A stretch of DNA of 64,000 bases, taken from Macrostomum lignano. Taxonomy: Eukaryota. Below, piece after piece: positions 52,431 to 64,000 of this stretch (position 1 is the first letter of the stretch; each line of letters opens with the position of its first letter). The DNA lies in assembly GCA_002269645.1 (NCBI GenBank), contig NIVC01000469.1:310001-374000 (forward strand). The letters run 5' to 3'. The position numbers and the translations under genes are program-made. The notes beneath the pieces were generated by a model. It was given only the letters and a program-made list of their open reading frames with translations. It searched no databases and was not told where the DNA came from.

Positions 52431-52497
<67 letters not shown>

Positions 52498-52502
52498 ATT
52501 AG

Positions 52503-52541
<39 letters not shown>

Positions 52542-52574
52542 ATTAGTGTCTGTCTGTCTGTCTGTCTGTATTAG

Positions 52575-52609
<35 letters not shown>

Positions 52610-52614
52610 ATTAG

Positions 52615-52649
<35 letters not shown>

Positions 52650-52654
52650 ATTAG

Positions 52655-52701
<47 letters not shown>

Positions 52702-53703
52702 GTGTGTGTCTGTCTGTCTGTCTGTGTGTCTGTCTGTCTGTCTGCACACCAAATCACAACCCACTCCTCTCTCTACCGCAGATGATCGAGAAGCGCCGCC
52801 GCGACAGGATCAACAGCAGCCTGAGCGAGCTGAAGCGCCTCGTGCCCAGCGCCTTCGAGAAGCAGGGCTCGCGAAGCTGGAGAAGGCGGAGATTCTCCAG
52901 ATGACGGTCGACTACCTGCGCTCGCTGCAGCATCAGCAGAAGTGCGGCGGCTACGCCGCCACCGCCGCCGATGCGGCCGCTGTCGCATTGGATGCCCGCA
53001 ACATCGGCTTCCGCGAGTGCGCCGCTGAGGTGCACCGCTTCCTGCTGGCTGCGAGGCCGCCTCCACGCCGATGGGCAGCCCCGACCAGCAGCAGCAGCCG
53101 TGGGACTCCCTGCGCTCCCGGCTGTTGCTCACCTGCAGTGCTGCTCGCCCAGCGGTCCTCGACTGTTCAGCGCCCGATCGCGGCCGTGTCCGGGTCGCCT
53201 CCGTCGCCGCCGCCGCCCCTGCCGCCTCCGTCCGCCGGGCCTGGCAGCAGGCCGCTGCCGCCGCTCCGCCAACGGGCCTGCCGGCTGGCTACGCTGGCCG
53301 CCGCTGCTGCCGCGGCCGCTGCGGCTGCCTTCGAGTCAGCACCGTCGGAGGCTCCGTCGGCTCCGGTGGCGGCGCCTTCGTGCCCTGCGGCTCTGGCGGC
53401 GGCGGCAGCGGCGGAGGCAACGGAGGCGGCGGCTGCAGCTATTACCCTCCGGCACCTTCAGCGGCCTGCTGCAGAGCTGCCAGCAACCAGCGCCTGGTTA
53501 TTATCAGCAGCAGCAGCAGCAGCAGCATCCGGGCATGCAGGCAGCAGCAGCAGCTTCATCAGCAGCACCAGCAGGTTTACCAGCATCACAGCCAGCTGCC
53601 GCATCACCAGCAGCCTCCACAGCCTCATCACTATCAGCCGCAACCGCTGACGCCGCAGAAGCCCTACAGGCCGTGGGGCGCCGACATCGGTGCATTCTCG
53701 TAG
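51840..53703 (+). CDS. HEY: Hey (hairy/E(spl)-related with YRPW) bHLH-Orange repressor; exons 51840-51910, 52036-52084, 52782-53703; at least four frameshifts in exon 3 as assembled
   Basis: SESDSDE N-terminus; RKRRRG|[30 protein letters not shown](A)[15 protein letters not shown]; Orange GFRECAAEV and DSLRSRL(V)AHL; C-terminal [13 protein letters not shown]. Confidence 0.93.
52140..52743. repeat. (TCTG)n / GTATTAGTGTCT microsatellite filling Hey intron 2
   Basis: Direct reading. Confidence 0.95.
52240..52426. mobile_element. 187-bp hAT-type MITE inserted in Hey intron 2
   Basis: TIRs CAGTGGCGCAACCAG and CTGGTTGCACTACTG (13/15); perfect 8-bp TSD TTAGTGTC (52232-52239 and 52427-52434). Confidence 0.85.
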
Positions 53704-55180
53704 TACCATCATCGCTTGGTAGCTTTTTTAGGCTCATCGCTCGTACACAACAGCTGCTCGTGCAACATTCATTATAATAATTACTTTTCATATGGTCATA
53801 GTGCATTTGTAGTTAACGTGGGTCAATACAAGCCCTGAACGATGCAATAGCATCCATAACTATAATTAACATGCCAATTATAATGTATAACTATAGGTCG
53901 TATATATATATATTGTGTCTTACAGTCTGTCTGAATGGTGCTGACTTTACAATATTTACGAGAATAACTGGCGGTTGCGACTTATATGTACGTACAAGTG
54001 TATAGAAATGCACTGCATTTTTGTTGCCTTCCATAATTTTTGTGTATTGTATAGTAAATAAAAACGCGTTTTGTAAATAATAACATATTTGTTATAACAC
54101 TACAGTTGTATTGACATTGTCTTTGAAATCTCTTTGTAGTTCCGCAACGAAACGAAACTCTGTTTTCGGGACACCCGATCCCCATCTTCGCAGCAGTGCG
54201 TGTTGCAATTGTGCAAATTTCGGAAATAGCAATTCAATTGAATACTTGTGGAGGCTTTGTCTGCTTTCTGTGCAACCGATGCGACAGACAGGAGGGTTGC
54301 CAAGGGCCTGCGATGCGGCTCAGCTGAACTATTGAACTGGGAAACTGGAAACTGTAGCTGAACCTGTTTAGTAGCTAAGCTGTAGTATACTCGTATTTTA
54401 TTGCTGAATCCTGCAGAGTGCGCAAATTTATGAGTCATCCGGGCTGCAGTTTTTCTGGGGAAGACTCTTCTGGGGAAACCCTCCTGTGTTATTTTTTAGT
54501 TTAATACGTTTTCATTGTTTCTATTCGGGATACTCTGTAGTATATATCCTCTATAGTATACAGCCATTTATGAAACGGTGTACTAAAAGTTGACGTTAGT
54601 CACATGAGACTGAGTATAGTATATGGACTGAAGAATGTAAATTTTTTAAGCTGGTTTTACGCATATCAAAGTCTCAGATGTCTTGAGAGTGAGGACTTTT
54701 TAGTGTATTTTTGTCAATAAGGAAGTGCTCCGCCTCGAAGCGTCGGGTTAACCTCCACTTCGTTGAGGTGAAATCGTCTGAGGTACAAACCCCATTGACG
54801 CTATTTACGTCTCCATCAAGGCGGGGAAACACAATGAGATCTGGGGTGGGGGATTACATAAACATTATTAAGAGATACATGATGGGGGCATGACATGACA
54901 TTACTTTCACTCTTCTTCTTCAAGCTCCAAAGGAAGGAATTGGCGTTGAGAAAATCGGACCCAATGCTTCAGGCTCAATTTTGACTCTCAAGTTCACATC
55001 CCCTCGGTGCTTGGAAACGATGTCGGTCGCGCTGAGAAGGCGTTGCGCAATCACAGCTTGGCCTGCGAGCATTTATTTTTTTAAATCCCACCAGGATGTC
55101 AGACAGTTCTGGAGAGTGGAGACAGAACCTGCACCTGGCTTCATTGCCAAAACTAATTGTAAAAACTACTAAAATATAGA

Positions 55181-55460
55181 CGGGCTGGGCAAAATTTTAC
55201 CGCAAGGGCCAGATCGAGAACCCAGCGCATGTCTGCGGGTCAGTGGAGGGGATCGGAGAGATAAGGGGGAATAGAGAAGAGAAATAGGAGAAAGGACAGG
55301 CGAGGGAATTAAGGAGAAGAGAGAAGACGAGAGAGGAGAGAGAAGAGAAGGGAGATGAGAAGAGAGAAGAGAAGAAACAAGGAATCTGGACCAGGTTCGT
55401 CTGATAATGCGTTCCAGGGGTCGGGAAACCGGCCGCGGGGCAAGGCCTCTCTATCCTGCC
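55181..55460 (-). mobile_element. Second copy of the CT-core hAT-like element (reverse orientation, partial)
   Basis: CGGGCTGGGCAAAATTTTACCGCAAGGGCCAGATCGAGAACCCAGCGCAT aligns to the reverse complement of 35360-35427, followed by an AG-rich core. Confidence 0.55.
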
Positions 55461-55559
55461 AGATTCCTTGCTTGAGGTGTCCATGGACGGGGTGATAAAA
55501 AATGGGTTTAGTCGGTGATGAGGGCGGGCACCTGGGGGGGTTATTCATTGGCTTGGGGA

Positions 55560-55830
55560 GAAAGGAATTTATAAGAGGCCTGTGAACGAGAAGCTCCAGT
55601 ATCCAGTCATATCCAGTCAGCTATGAATTTGGGGAATCCCATTAGATAAGGTACAATTCGCTGGGGGGGGGGACACCTGGTCGGCCGAGTCTGCAGGCTG
55701 TATAAGCAGTCTCTGAGTCAACCAGGTGGTCGTGAAGGCAGCGACTGAAGTTTTGAGTTGCCTCCATGTTGTAGAGATTTGAAATTGTATATCCCCAGGA
55801 TGTCCAGTGTTGGCTGGCCTCTGTCAGGGG
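55560..55830 (-). mobile_element. Possible decayed GIY-YIG endonuclease (Penelope-like) remnant
   Basis: Minus-strand pieces in different frames: LGIYNFK, YNMEATQNFSRCLHDHL and ILELLVHRPLINS, in the order expected for PLE endonucleases. Confidence 0.35.
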
Positions 55831-55879
55831 AGCTGGAATACTTGCCTAGGAAAAATCAATTTTACCGTTGCGATTTCTA

Positions 55880-56170
55880 ACGCGCTCCTCGTCACCCTTT
55901 CTAGCGCCCCCAATACACATTCTAGCGCCCCAGCACCCCTTCTAGCGTCCCAAATACCCTTTCTAGCGCCCCAGCACCCCTTCTAGCGTCCCAAATACCC
56001 TTTCTAGCGCCCCAGCACCCCTTCTAGCGTCCCAAATACCCTTTCTAGCGCCCCACCCTTCTAGCGCCCCCACCCCTTTTAGCGCCGCCACCCTTTCTAG
56101 CGCCCCAGCACCCCTTCTAGCGCCGCCACCCCTTCTAGCGCCCCAGCACTCCCTCTAGCGCCCCAGCAGC
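55880..56170. repeat. Degenerate (CCTTCTAGCGCCCC...)n array
   Basis: Direct reading. Confidence 0.88.
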
Positions 56171-56524
56171 ACCTCATTTGGTGCGATTTATCGGGCATAA
56201 ACAGATTTCAGTCAAATTATTTTCACCCTACTGACAGTAGCGAGTAGCAAAAGACCCTTTTAATAAATGAAAAGTTGGTAAAAAATTAAGTTGAATTTTG
56301 ATATTCAATGCCATACGTCAGAAGCAGATTTTTTACATGAATTTTTTACAAAGCAGGGAAGATAATTTCTTGCATTGTAGCCAGCCTCACGGCCCGGCGC
56401 TTTCCATTTTGCCCAAACTACTGCATCAATCATTTGGAAGCAAGGCTGTCACCGTGGACTGAATGGTTGTTTTGGTGGGGGGGGGGGCTAAACTAAGAAG
56501 TCTAAACGAAAAAATTCCTCACTC

Positions 56525-56860
56525 GTTTTAGCGCCATAGGGCACTCAGTTTAGCGCCACAGGGCACTCAGTTTAGCGCCACTGGAACTCAGTTTAGCGCC
56601 ACAGGAACTCATTTTAACGCCACAGGAACTCAGTTTAGCGCAACAGGAGCTCAGTTTAGCGCCATAGAGCACTCATTTTAACGCCACAGGAACTCAGTTT
56701 AGCGCCACAGGAATTCAGTTTAGCGCCACAGGAACTCAGTTTAGCGCAACAGGAGCTCAGTTTAGCGCCATAGAGCACTCATTTTAACGCCACAGGAACT
56801 CAGTTTAGCGCCACAGGCACTCATTTTGGCGCCACAGGGCACTCAGTTTAGCGCCACTCT
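56525..56860. repeat. 21-bp array (CAGTTTAGCGCCACAGGAACT)n
   Basis: Direct reading. Confidence 0.9.
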
Positions 56861-56907
56861 GTCCCCGGTGGGCGCACACACATGTATACCAATTAGACAC
56901 GCAAATA

Positions 56908-58125
56908 TTCGGTTGAAGGGAAAGTTCTCGCCAATTCTAGAAAAACATAGTGCAAGGAAAATTTCGAAAGTTCTGGAACCTTCCATTGCTGGACTATAAA
57001 TAAGGATAGGTGGGCATCATGTCATAGTCATTGCCTTTTATTTTCTTCAGAATAGTGCCTGAAAATGGAAATTTCAAAACTCTATATTCGTGGATGTTTG
57101 CTCTACGACTTTAAATCTGGACTTAATGCGTCGCATTAATGCATTAACTCTGCATTCGGAGAGGGTACCATGTCCGACAGAACTGCCCGGGACTGGTTCA
57201 CTCGTTTCCGCAATGGAAACTTTGAACTCGAAGACCAGCCCCGATCAGGTCGACCATCGGGGGTGGATGATGAGCAGCTGCGCCAGCTCGTAGAAGCCGA
57301 TCCCCGCCGAACCTCGCCTGAAATGGCAGATGTCCTCGGGTACACCAGACCACCATCATCGATCACCTGTGCCAGCTGGGTAAGGTGTACAAGTTGGCAC
57401 AATGGGTACCCACGACCTTACCTAGTTCGACCGTCGGCGTCGCGCTGATGCTGCGATGTTTCTTCTGTCCTACTGTCGCACAACCCATTGGCTAACATCC
57501 ATAGTGACGGGTGACAAAAAGTGGTGTTTATACACCAATGTGAAATGCCGTGCTTTGTGGGTGGACAAAATTAAATGCCAAAACCACAGCCGAAAGCACC
57601 ACTGCACCCTCGGAAGGTGATGCTCAGCATCTGGTGGGACTGCAATGGCGTCATTGACTATGAGCTGCTGCCACCAAACCTGACAATTACAGCCAGCAAC
57701 TGGATGATTTGGCAGCAAAGATCAAAGAAAAGCATGGTCCGATCCGTTTCTTCACGACAATGCGCGGCTGCACACGGCAAAGGTTACTCGGCAGAAGCTG
57801 CTTGATCTGGGCTGGGAGGTTTTACCCCACCCACCTTATTCACCTTGCACCATCTGATTACCACTTGTTCCTATCCCTGTCCAGCGCCATGGCCGAGAAA
57901 TCGTTCGATGATGAGCATGAACTCAACGTCTGGCTGGACTACTTCTTCGCCTACTAACCTCAAAACCTCAAAACCTTCGCCTCAAAGCTAAGTTCTATAA
58001 GGACGGCATCATGAGTCTGCACGAACGATGGCAGAAAGTCATCGAATATGATGGCGATTCAGTTCCATAAAAACTCAGTACGATTTAAGTTCTTAAAATC
58101 GGCGAGATCTTTCCCTTCAACCGAA
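56908..58125 (+). mobile_element. Mariner (Tc1/mariner, DD34D) transposon, full length, transposase disrupted
   Basis: 25-bp TIRs TTCGGTTGAAGGGAAAG(T/A)TCTCGCC flanked by TA. Fragments [63 protein letters not shown]; multiple frameshifts. Confidence 0.94.
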
Positions 58126-58634
58126 TACCTGGCAGAGCAACACAGAGCCAGGTAGTGAGGGGGTGGGGGTAATAGCAGAAAGGACGTAATTAAATTGGCA
58201 ATAAATTATTGTTAACTGGCACACACATGTATACCAATTAGACACGCAAATAACTGGCAGAGCAACACAGAGCCAGGTAGTGAGGGGGTGGGGGTAATAG
58301 CAGAAAGGACTTAATTAAATTGGCAATAAATTGTCAACTGGAGTGCTGTTTGTGTACCATAGCAACCAGCTCCTGTTGGGGTGGATGGAGAAATACCTGA
58401 AATTATCCACAGTGGCCTGAACTCTGTTAGCCTGCCTGTTGGGGAAGCTCAGCTGCAGCCGTCCAATTAGGCTTGAGGGATAAAAGTGAACGACATACAC
58501 ATATTTAGGATCCTCTACTAAAGTTTCCCAATGCGTTGATAGAGGCGACCCGGGTTGAACAGAGCAACTAAAAAGCTTCCCCATTGACAGGAGCCAGCAA
58601 ATTTTAGGATATTTTTATTCTCTACGGCTGCAAG

Positions 58635-60008
58635 ATGAGGGCCATGATTTGGCTCTTTGTTGCCTTCGAACTGGCAGCTGCCGCTGCGGCAAGTGAGTGA
58701 CTCGTTTAATGTGAATGCCATTTCCGAATCCCTGGGAAAGGCATTGTCGAATCCTTGTGAATGCCATTTCCGAATCCTTGTGAATGTCATTGTCGAATCC
58801 TTGTGAATGCCATTTCCGAATCCCTGTGAAAGGCATTGTCGAATCCTTGTGAATGTCATTGTCGAATCCTTGTGGATGCCATTTCCGAATCCTTGTGAAT
58901 GTCATTGTCGAATCCTTGTGAATGCCTTTTCCGAATCTCTGTGAATGTCATTGTCGAATCCTTGTGAATGCCATTTCCGAATCTCTGTGAATGTCATTGT
59001 CGAATCTTTGTGAATGCCATTTCCGAATCCTTGTGAATGCCATTTCCAAACCCTTGTGGATGCCATTTCCGAATCCTTGTGAATACCATTTCCGAATCCT
59101 TGGGAATGTCATTGCGGAATCGTTGTAAATGTTATTGCCTGGCTCTTGTGAATAACATTGCCTGACTCTTGTGAATGGCATTGCCTGGCTCTTGTGAATG
59201 ACATTTCCTGACTCTTGTGAATTACATTGTCTGACTCTTGTGAATGGCATTGCCTGACTCTTGTGAATAACATTGCCTGACTCTTTTGAATGACATTGCC
59301 TGACTCTTGTGAATGACATTGCCTGACTCTTGTGAATGGCATTGCCGAATGTTGTGAATGTTATTGCCGAATTTTCGTGAATCCCACCTTGTGATCAAGG
59401 GTTACCCATGGCACACTGCGGATCACTTCCCCATCGCCCAAACCTTAATCCCCCCGCAGCCTGCACCAGGTGGACCAGCGGGTCCAGCAGGAACCGCAGC
59501 TTCGAGGTCAGCGGCTCGGCTGACACTTCGGCGGCGGCGCAGTACGCCAAGGAGTGCTACCAGCTGGACCGCGGCAGCGGCGCCCACGGCATCCTCCTGC
59601 GCCTGGCCGTGCTGGCCGGCTCCGCATTCGGAGTCGGCCTCTTCCCGGACGAATCCTTTCCCTACGACAGATGGTCAACCACAAAATTAAGCTACGAGGT
59701 CACGTTCGGAGCGTACGACAACAGCCGGCTCTCCCTGCGGAAATCCGACACCGGCGCCGAGATTTGGAGCAGCTCGGCAGCCGAGTTCCAGCTGTCCGCC
59801 ACGCAGTGGCGCCTCTTCGAAATGGAGTTCAACATCTCCGGGCCGGCGGCAGGCGGGAAGTTTGCCTTCCGTCGCTTGTCGTCCAACGGGGACGCGACGG
59901 TGCGGCAGGAGAGCCACGTGGACACCGGCAGCCCACTGAACGTCAGCTACCTGCGGACCCGCAACTATGCTGATGCCGCCATCGCCAATGTGCAGTACAT
60001 TGTGTTGG
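58635..60008 (+). CDS. Secreted protein with a FAMeT (Methyltransf_FA)-like domain; exons 58635-58692 and 59460-60008; downstream exons not resolved
   Basis: Signal MRAMIWLFVAFELAAAAAA; phase-1 GT-AG intron in frame; YEVTFGAYDNSRLSLRK...LSATQWRLFEMEF...PLNVSYL resembles YEIVIGGWGNT.S.IRR...LS..EFR.FWI.W...P..V.YI. The domain call is by eye only. Confidence 0.65.
58713..59380. repeat. 23-bp minisatellite (GAATGYCATTKYCGAATCCTTGT)n grading into (GAATGACATTGCCTGACTCTTGT)n
   Basis: Direct reading; fills intron 1 of the FAMeT-like gene. Confidence 0.93.
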
Positions 60009-60021
60009 GTGAGTAGCATTG

Positions 60022-60300
<279 letters not shown>

Positions 60301-60934
60301 AGCTCTACATACCGGATATCCGAAGTCTGTAAGCGGTGAGTAAAGCGGTGAGTCGCTATGAAACATTGATCAATGCATTTCATATCCTATATGCACACGG
60401 TCCGCATCAGGTGACAATGCTTATGGAAAATGAAATAAAATCCCGGAAACGACTTGCCCAAGCACGTGTCAAGTCATGATTTAAAGCTTTTCTCAAACCA
60501 GTCAGTTGTTCTCCTTCTTATCAGCAGTTATTTATTGCGGATGGCACGAGGCATTGAAGAAGTACATCAGTACATGTACTTTTAATCGAAAAATAACGGA
60601 AACTGTAGCCTTTCTGTTATATTGAAAGAATACTCAATACTAGATCTGTTTAGATATACGGGTTAAAGTTACAAGCTGGCAGGTAAAAACTGGTTAAAGT
60701 TACAGAGCACTTATTGGAAAAATATGTTTGCATCAGTCGGTTGGAAAATGTCCATGAAGTAGTTAAAGTTTGAGGCTAATTTATTCAAAGATTGCAGCGT
60801 ACTTTTTGGATAAACGGTAGGAGCTGACAACGCATACTGGGCTTCAGTGCCCTCAGATGCGTTCTGAAAAAGTGAAATTGCAGTAATATAGACTGATAAA
60901 TTTAATCCGGGCCAATCTGGATCCATCCAATTCC

Positions 60935-61810
60935 AAGCACTCCACACAGCACTCCACACAGCACTCCACACAGCACTCCATACAGAACTACACACAGCAC
61001 TCCACACAGCACTCCATACAGAACTACACACAGTACTCCACACAGAACTACACACAGCACCCCATCCAATACCAAGCACTCTATCCAACACCAAGTACTC
61101 TATCCAATACCAAGCACTCCACACGGCACTCCACACAGCACTCCACACAGCACTCCACACAGCACTCCACACAGTACTCCACACAGCACTCCACACAGTA
61201 CTCCACACAGTACTCCACACAGTACTCCACACAGTACTCCACACAGCACTCCACACAGCACTCCATACAGCACTCCACACAGCACTCCACACAGCACTCC
61301 ATACAGCACTCCACACAGCACTCCACACAGCACTCCACACAGCACTCCACACAGCACTCCATACAGCACTCCATACAGCACTCCACACAGCACTCCACAC
61401 AGAATTACAACAGCACCCCATCCAATACCAAGCACTCTATCCAATACCAAGCACTCTATCCAATACCAAGCACTCTATCCAATACCAAGCACTCTATCCA
61501 ATACCAAGCACTCTATCCAATACCAAGCACTCTATCCAATACCAAGCACTCTATCCAATACCAAGCACTCTATCCAATACCAAGCACTCTATCCAATACC
61601 AAGCACTCTATCCAATACCAAGCACTCTATCCAATACCAAGCACTCTATCCAATACCAAGCACTCTATCCAATACCAAGCACTCTATCCAATACCAAGCA
61701 CTCTATCCAATACCAAGCACTCTATCCAATACCAAGCACTCTATCCAATACCAAGCACTCTATCCAATACCAAGCACTCTATCCAATACCAAGCACTCAA
61801 TCCAATACCA
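60935..61810. repeat. Adjacent arrays: (CAGCACTCCACACA)n then 19-bp (CCAATACCAAGCACTCTAT)n
   Basis: Direct reading. Confidence 0.95.
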
Positions 61811-61859
61811 AGCCAGTCCCGAACAGGTCTCCGTCTTACCGTTTCGACTGTGTAAGACC

Positions 61860-62400
61860 TCAGGCCTCCCCAAATGCTCTCTGTATGGTGGGTCCATTCG
61901 CCTTGATGTAGGCAGAGTGATCGGCCATCGCCCGGTCCCGATACGAGGCCGGCAGAGCGCCTGAAAAATGGTTGCATGCAGGATACACACAAAAATGATG
62001 GTTTATTTAGCCTTAATGGTTTATTTGGCGCTAATAATTTATGACATTAGTTTATCTTATTTGGCCCATTGTGGCCAATTAGTTAGCAGCGGCCTTAATT
62101 CAATTAAGTACATGAAGAACTATATGAAATGAAACTTTTTTATTTCTAAGAAGAAGCCGAATGCTCACCGCCAGACTCAGACTGCGGCAGCTGGCTCTCC
62201 AGTATCTGGTAGGTCTTCGGCTTCACATTCTTGTAGACTGGCCCGCCCTGCCCCCTGTTGGACTTCGAGGACACCTGGCCGCCGTTGATCGACGTTACTG
62301 GGTGCACCGCGGCGGCGGCGGGTGGCGGTGAAGCTTGGCGCCCTGCCGCTGTAGCTCCGTAAGCCGCCACGTTGAATGCCCGCCTGGGTTGTTCCAGAGA
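61860..62400 (-). CDS. Possible 3' exons of an unidentified gene: ~62400-62169 and 61960-61860
   Basis: GC-rich segments; donor G|GTGAGC at 62169; acceptor TTTTCAG at 61961; the phase-1 join reads ...ESQLPQSESG|GALPASYRDRAMADHSAYIKANGPTIQRAFGEA*. No family recognised and the 5' end is unclear. Confidence 0.35.
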
Positions 62401-63634
62401 TGATGTATGATGATTTCAAAAGTTGTCAGATTCAGGTAGAGGCATGAAGTCCCCGGGCTCGAATCGCACGAAAATTGGCTTTGTCGTGCGATTCTTGCCC
62501 GTGTGGGCCTATCTTCGACCCGCGGGTATAGTTCATAAGTTTGTGTTGATTGTTTCCTTCTTTGTAAATATTTTTACGTAGTTTCTTTCCACGTGGAGTC
62601 ATTCTATACGAGCAGTCCCAGAGTCCCGCAACTTGTGCATTAGTGCAATCGATTCTTCAAAGTAACTAAAACTTTATTAGGTCAACTAAACGTCCATAGA
62701 CTTCTACAGTCGAGAAGTCCGTGTTAAACACGCTAAATTTTCGTTATTTTCCGTCTTCTTTTATTCTACAAGAAATCCTGGGATGCAGATGAATGGATCG
62801 GCTGCCTTCGTCCGGTCTCAAGACAGCGTTTTCACGAGAACCATCAGAGAGAGAGGCGTAGAGTTCGTTAAAAAGGGAATGCTTTGTTCTACCTATCTTT
62901 TGTGCAGTAATGAAGAACTTTCAGGGGTCTAAAAGTTGAAGAACGATGGCCCAGCCCAAGGTGGAGCTCTTGATTTCGTACTTAAGACGTGCACGTGCAT
63001 TTTTCTACAATAAGAAAAAGGTCAAGAATCTTTTGCTTCAAGCTGCCAAGAGCTCCGTGTCAGCAGCATGCCAGAGTTTCTCTCTAAATTTTTCCGTCTC
63101 CATACTTCACACTTCTCCATACTCCAAATTAATGACTTAGAGATATTTACTTATTAAAGTACAAGTTATATCAGTTAATAACGACAGTGCAAGCAATTTG
63201 GAGGCAGGGATGCAACAAATTTAAATTTGACACGTGCAGACTGAAAATTTCAATGGCGGTACGAGCTATGGAATCGGTAGATTGTGCATATGGTTTTGAA
63301 GGTAGACAATGATTTGGGTGAGTTAGAATGAGTTTAAAATTAATTAAAATTATTCTTCTGAGTGCCACTTTAACGTACTCAGTAAAACAAAACAATTGAC
63401 AATATTTTATATAACAGACATATTAACTAAGTAATTTAGACTGGTATTTGGTATGCTTAGAATGAGTATTCACCTTTAAAGATTAATAGCTCGTACTAGT
63501 AGTCGAAAAATATGTTACTTAGGCATTATTGGTTATAGTGTTATTGTTTTTCACATATCAATTTATTATTATTTACAGTCAGTCTTAAATAGTAGAAAAC
63601 TGCAGGTTTAGACTGACTATCTGTTAGCTTAAAA

Positions 63635-64000
63635 CAGGTCTCGGCAAACATGCGGCCCATGAAGCCTTTCTATCCGGCCCTCGGGTCCTTTGAAACTTCG
63701 CAATAGCAATCCGGCCCGCTCAAGGTTTGTGTCTCTTCTCAGCTCTCTTTCTCTCACCTCTTCTCTCTCTCCTCTTCTCTCTCCTCTCTCCCCGTCTCTC
63801 CTCTCTTCCCACTCTCTCTTCTCTACCCGTCTCTCCTCTGCTCTCTCTTCTCCCTCCCCTCTCTTCCCGTCATTCCTCTTCTCTCTCTCTCCTTTTCTCG
63901 CCCTTTCTATCCTCATATCTTTTCTCTCATTTTATCTCTCATCTTTTATCCTCTCTACTTTCCATTCTCATTTCTTTCCATGGCCCGCAGCCATGAGCTG
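63635..64000 (+). mobile_element. Third copy of the CT-core hAT-like element (runs to the window end)
   Basis: CAGGTCTCGGCAAAC start; GGCCCTCGGGTCCTTTGAAA...CCCGCTCAAGGTT.GTGTCTC shared with 35000-35070; CT-rich core. Confidence 0.6.

Overview
Repeat-rich eukaryotic (metazoan) genomic DNA with GC-rich exons, GT-AG introns and introns packed with minisatellites. The style is most consistent with a free-living flatworm such as Macrostomum; this is inference, not proven. Recognisable host genes: HIBCH (5' part, minus strand), a rhodopsin-class orphan GPCR with an in-frame TGA, calumenin/reticulocalbin (CREC family, HDEL), Hey (bHLH-Orange-YRPW, several 1-bp frameshifts) and a secreted protein with a FAMeT-like domain. 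Between 13 and 34 kb lies an interleaved cluster of two small secreted-protein families. The first is three copies of an unrecognised ~192-aa protein made of two exon-encoded Cys-rich helical repeats, two of them forming a ~1.05-kb inverted duplication. The second is three copies plus a remnant of a single-CUB-domain protein with an odd Cys count and a conserved C-terminal extension. Mobile DNA: a young Mag-type Ty3/Gypsy element, a CpG-erased Gypsy relic, a Merlin transposon with TIRs and 8-bp TSD, an inverted Penelope-like fragment with a candidate hammerhead core, two RNase H-bearing LINE 3' ends, a mariner, several MITEs and more than 15 tandem arrays. All calls were made by eye; no database search was run.
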